Source of the DNA: a virus
DNA: 44,213 bases
Strand: one strand, 5' to 3'
Virus record (IMG/VR): IMGVR_UViG_3300045988_036631
Span: 1-44,213 of that record
A program made the position numbers and the translations under genes. Each line of letters opens with the position of its first letter. Position 1 is the first letter of the stretch. Shown here piece by piece: positions 42,246 to 44,213 of this stretch. A model generated the notes under the pieces. That model saw nothing but the letters and a program-made list of their open reading frames with translations, was not told the DNA's origin and did not search any database.

Positions 42246-42383
42246 TGGCGGCAAGCCCCAGAATTGAACCGGGCGCGTGGGCAAGGTGCTTCGCGTTAAT
42301 TTTGTATGAGGAGGGAAGAACAAGAAGAAACCTTGACGAATAGGGGGGGGTGTTGCACCCGCGCGATGCCTTCCATGCTTGCC
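42246..42383 (-). other. tRNA-like module: canonical T-arm plus 7-bp acceptor closure plus GCCA, in a 138-nt element; not a standard tRNA
   Basis: Minus strand: GGCAAGC...(about 100 nt)...CCCGG-TTCAATT-CTGGG-GCTTGCC-G-CCA. No convincing D or anticodon arm could be folded by eye. Confidence 0.25.
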
Positions 42384-42428
42384 ATAAGTGCCGCCGTTTT
42401 GCCCCGGCGGCTAGGCCGTCTGTGAAAC

Positions 42429-42634
42429 GTCTTTTATTTGCCGTCTTTCCGGCTGCCAGAAAAAAATGGTGTGCGGTCTTTCCCGCCGTCAGGATGTGAA
42501 AAAACAGTTTTGTCTTTCCGCCGTCTCTCCAGCTGTCAATTTTGTTGATCGTCTTTCCGATCTGTCGATGCTAAAGGACACGTTCTTCGTCTTTCCGAAG
42601 CGCCAGAAATGAAATGTGCGGTGCCCGTCTTTCC
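42429..42634. repeat. Array of six GTCTTTCC motifs, plus degenerate copies, spaced 33-39 bp in a non-coding region
   Basis: Copies start at 42443, 42476, 42512, 42551, 42589 and 42627. Variants GTCTTTTA at 42429 and GTCTCTCC at 42523. The motif falls in different frames of the only local ORF. Confidence 0.8.
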
Positions 42635-42853
42635 GAGCAGCCAGTATGATCATAATTTGCCCTTGCTCCGCCATCCTCCCTTCTGTTGGAGCTTTCACCG
42701 TTTCAAGCAGTTCCTTCGTGCTTGACTTACCCAAACTTCTTCTGTTCGGCGCGCTGCGGTATCGACCCGTCCCTTCTTCTTGGCGCTGCTTGCCGCCTTG
42801 AAGCTGCTCTCCTGAGCTGCGCACCATGCGCAAGGGGTTAGCCCTTGCGGTTT

Positions 42854-43780
42854 TTATTGTTCTTTGTCTTCGGGCACGTTCTCCGGCGCGTCATGCGCCG
42901 TTCCAGTGTCTGTCACATCTACGATGCCATCAGGCAGAGGGGATTCATCATCGACCAGGCCTGCGCTTATATCGTGCGCCGCTTTCAGCGCGGCGGGGGA
43001 TGCGCTTTTGTAATCGATGGACATAACGCCCCAGCGTCCGAGCAAGCGGCGCATGACGGTTTTCCGCGCCATAGCGTCCCAGTCGTCGCGCCAGCCTTTG
43101 CCCTGGTTCTTGCCCTTGCGGTTCTTCGCCTCGTGCGCCTCGATCTGCTGGACACTCATGTACACCGTCTTTTCCGTGCCGTTTACAAGGCGATAATAGC
43201 CGACATAGCCGATGATCGGCAGCTTTTCGCGCTCCGTCTCGTCCTGTTCCCAGCGGAACTCAAAGTCTTCGGTCAATCTATCGCAGGAGATCAGCTCCCC
43301 CTCGCGCACGTCCATCACGTTCAGCCGCTTGTATGCCCCGGTTCTGAGCGCGAGCTGAATCATGCCCTTGTAACCGAGGATAAACTGCGCTTCCGGAATT
43401 TTAATCCAGCTTCCGTCATCCGCTTTTTTGCTGTTGTTGAACGGCACGATGTAGGCAAAGCCGAGCGCGTTATCAACCGGAAGGTCGTAACTTGCGGCTT
43501 TGAGCGCCGCCTGAATGACCGTCTGCGGGGCTTGGCGAACCGCCGCCGTCAGATTTGCATCCGCATTGCAAAGCGTGATGACCGCCGAGATAAATTGCGG
43601 CGCTCGATCGCCCAGCAGATCGTTCAGGCGTTTTTTGTAGCCCTCGGAGTCGAACATGCCGTTCAGAATTTGGTTGACGGTTCGCGCTGCAACGGGCGCG
43701 GTCGTGGCCGCCGCGACGGGTGCGCGGCTGGCGGTTGCGTTTGTGATAATTCCCGCCGTGTTTCTTGCCTGTCTTTCCAT
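42854..43780 (-). CDS. recT: RecT-family single-strand annealing recombinase
   Basis: ...FAYIVPFNN...AQFILGYKGMIQLALRTGAYKRLNVMDVREGE...YVGYYRLVNG... AAGGAGG RBS before ATG 43780. Confidence 0.9.
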   Translation of the reverse strand: MERQARNTAGIITNATASRAPVAAATTAPVAARTVNQILNGMFDSEGYKKRLNDLLGDRAPQFISAVITLCNADANLTAAVRQAPQTVIQAALKAASYDLPVDNALGFAYIVPFNNSKKADDGSWIKIPEAQFILGYKGMIQLALRTGAYKRLNVMDVREGELISCDRLTEDFEFRWEQDETEREKLPIIGYVGYYRLVNGTEKTVYMSVQQIEAHEAKNRKGKNQGKGWRDDWDAMARKTVMRRLLGRWGVMSIDYKSASPAALKAAHDISAGLVDDESPLPDGIVDVTDTGTAHDAPENVPEDKEQ

Positions 43781-43784
43781 GCTT

Positions 43785-44213
43785 TTATGCCTCCTTGACC
43801 ATGAATCGGCGCGTAGGTGCGCCAATCTTGATGTATCTGTCAACGATTTCGGGGTGTTCCTCTGTGAGCCGCTTGGTGTCGATGGTCTTTCGCGGACTGC
43901 TGTTTTTCCAGCTCACGATGTAATTCGCGCTTTCTCCGCGCTCAGATTCGCCCATGCACTCCTTGATACGCTGCTCATACAGGGCTTTATCTCCCTCAAG
44001 CTCTTTGATTTTGCTTGTCAGCGTCATGTATTGGCTGATTGCATCGTCGCAGTCAAGCGTGATGGTCGAGCCATCAGATACGGGATAGCGCTTGGTCAGG
44101 ATTTCTTCCGCCGCCTTGCTTCCGTCAACGGGCGGGCATTTGCCTTGCAAAACATATTCGCGCCAAAAGTAGTCCTCGGCGGAGATGAGCGCCTTGATCT
44201 GGTCTTCGTTCTC
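43785..44213 (-). CDS. YqaJ-type exonuclease, C-terminal part (same gene as 1-624; 44115-44213 duplicates 1-99)
   Basis: The frame is continuous with 1..624 through the 99-bp overlap. The joined gene is about 317 aa. Confidence 0.9.
   Translation of the reverse strand, partial: ENEDQIKALISAEDYFWREYVLQGKCPPVDGSKAAEEILTKRYPVSDGSTITLDCDDAISQYMTLTSKIKELEGDKALYEQRIKECMGESERGESANYIVSWKNSSPRKTIDTKRLTEEHPEIVDRYIKIGAPTRRFMVKEA

Noticed and set aside
42246-42383. Calling this a bona fide tRNA or tmRNA gene.
   Set aside because: 138 nt is too long for a tRNA and too short for a tmRNA. No D-arm or anticodon arm could be folded and no tag reading frame is present. It is kept only as a low-confidence tRNA-like module.
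42489-42833. 114-aa minus-strand ORF in the recT/organizer gap.
   Set aside because: It has no RBS and a biased composition. The GTCTTTCC repeats cross it in different reading frames, so the repeats are not a protein repeat and the ORF is probably spurious.

Overview
The window is a complete, circularly closed temperate siphovirus-type phage or prophage genome of about 44,114 bp. Bases 1-99 are identical to 44115-44213, and a YqaJ-type exonuclease gene is split across the window junction. Nearly all genes are on the minus strand. Reading right to left from the CI/Cro-type switch at 1573-1720, the order is as follows. (1) Cro-like and other small early genes. (2) Wrapping through the junction: exonuclease and RecT, then a 636-bp non-coding stretch with a GTCTTTCC array. 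(3) Replisome organizer with an internal 10-bp-phased iteron block, DnaB, Bro/KilAC antirepressor, VRR-NUC, SSB, a small Dam-type methylase broken at a G9 tract, and MazG. (4) Cys-rich small proteins and an ArpU/sigma-like late regulator. (5) RHH protein, PAPS-reductase-like protein, TerS/TerL and portal. (6) A D12-class methylase inserted between portal and MuF that carries 13 in-frame 9-bp repeats. (7) Head genes, tail genes with a G/GT frameshift, and two BppU_N/collagen-like fibres. (8) Lysis cassette. (9) A roughly 6-kb accessory region. (10) attP with a tRNA 3'-end core and arm repeats. The plus strand carries the tyrosine integrase, two low-GC secreted-protein morons and the CI-like repressor. 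Host is probably a Gram-positive Clostridia-type bacterium; this is inferred from the gene families only. The best candidates for undescribed biology lie in the accessory region. One is a duplicated terminator plus consensus-promoter cassette, which drives an acr/aca-like operon and a monocistronic acidic-protein gene. Another is a cluster pairing a stand-alone papain/C39-like peptidase with a protein that has a double-glycine-leader-like N-terminus. A third is a BclA-C/TNF-like trio at the prophage end. Outside that region, the two repeat-bearing methylases and the repeat-rich non-coding region next to recT also deserve attention. All functional calls come from motif recognition by eye; no database search was run.
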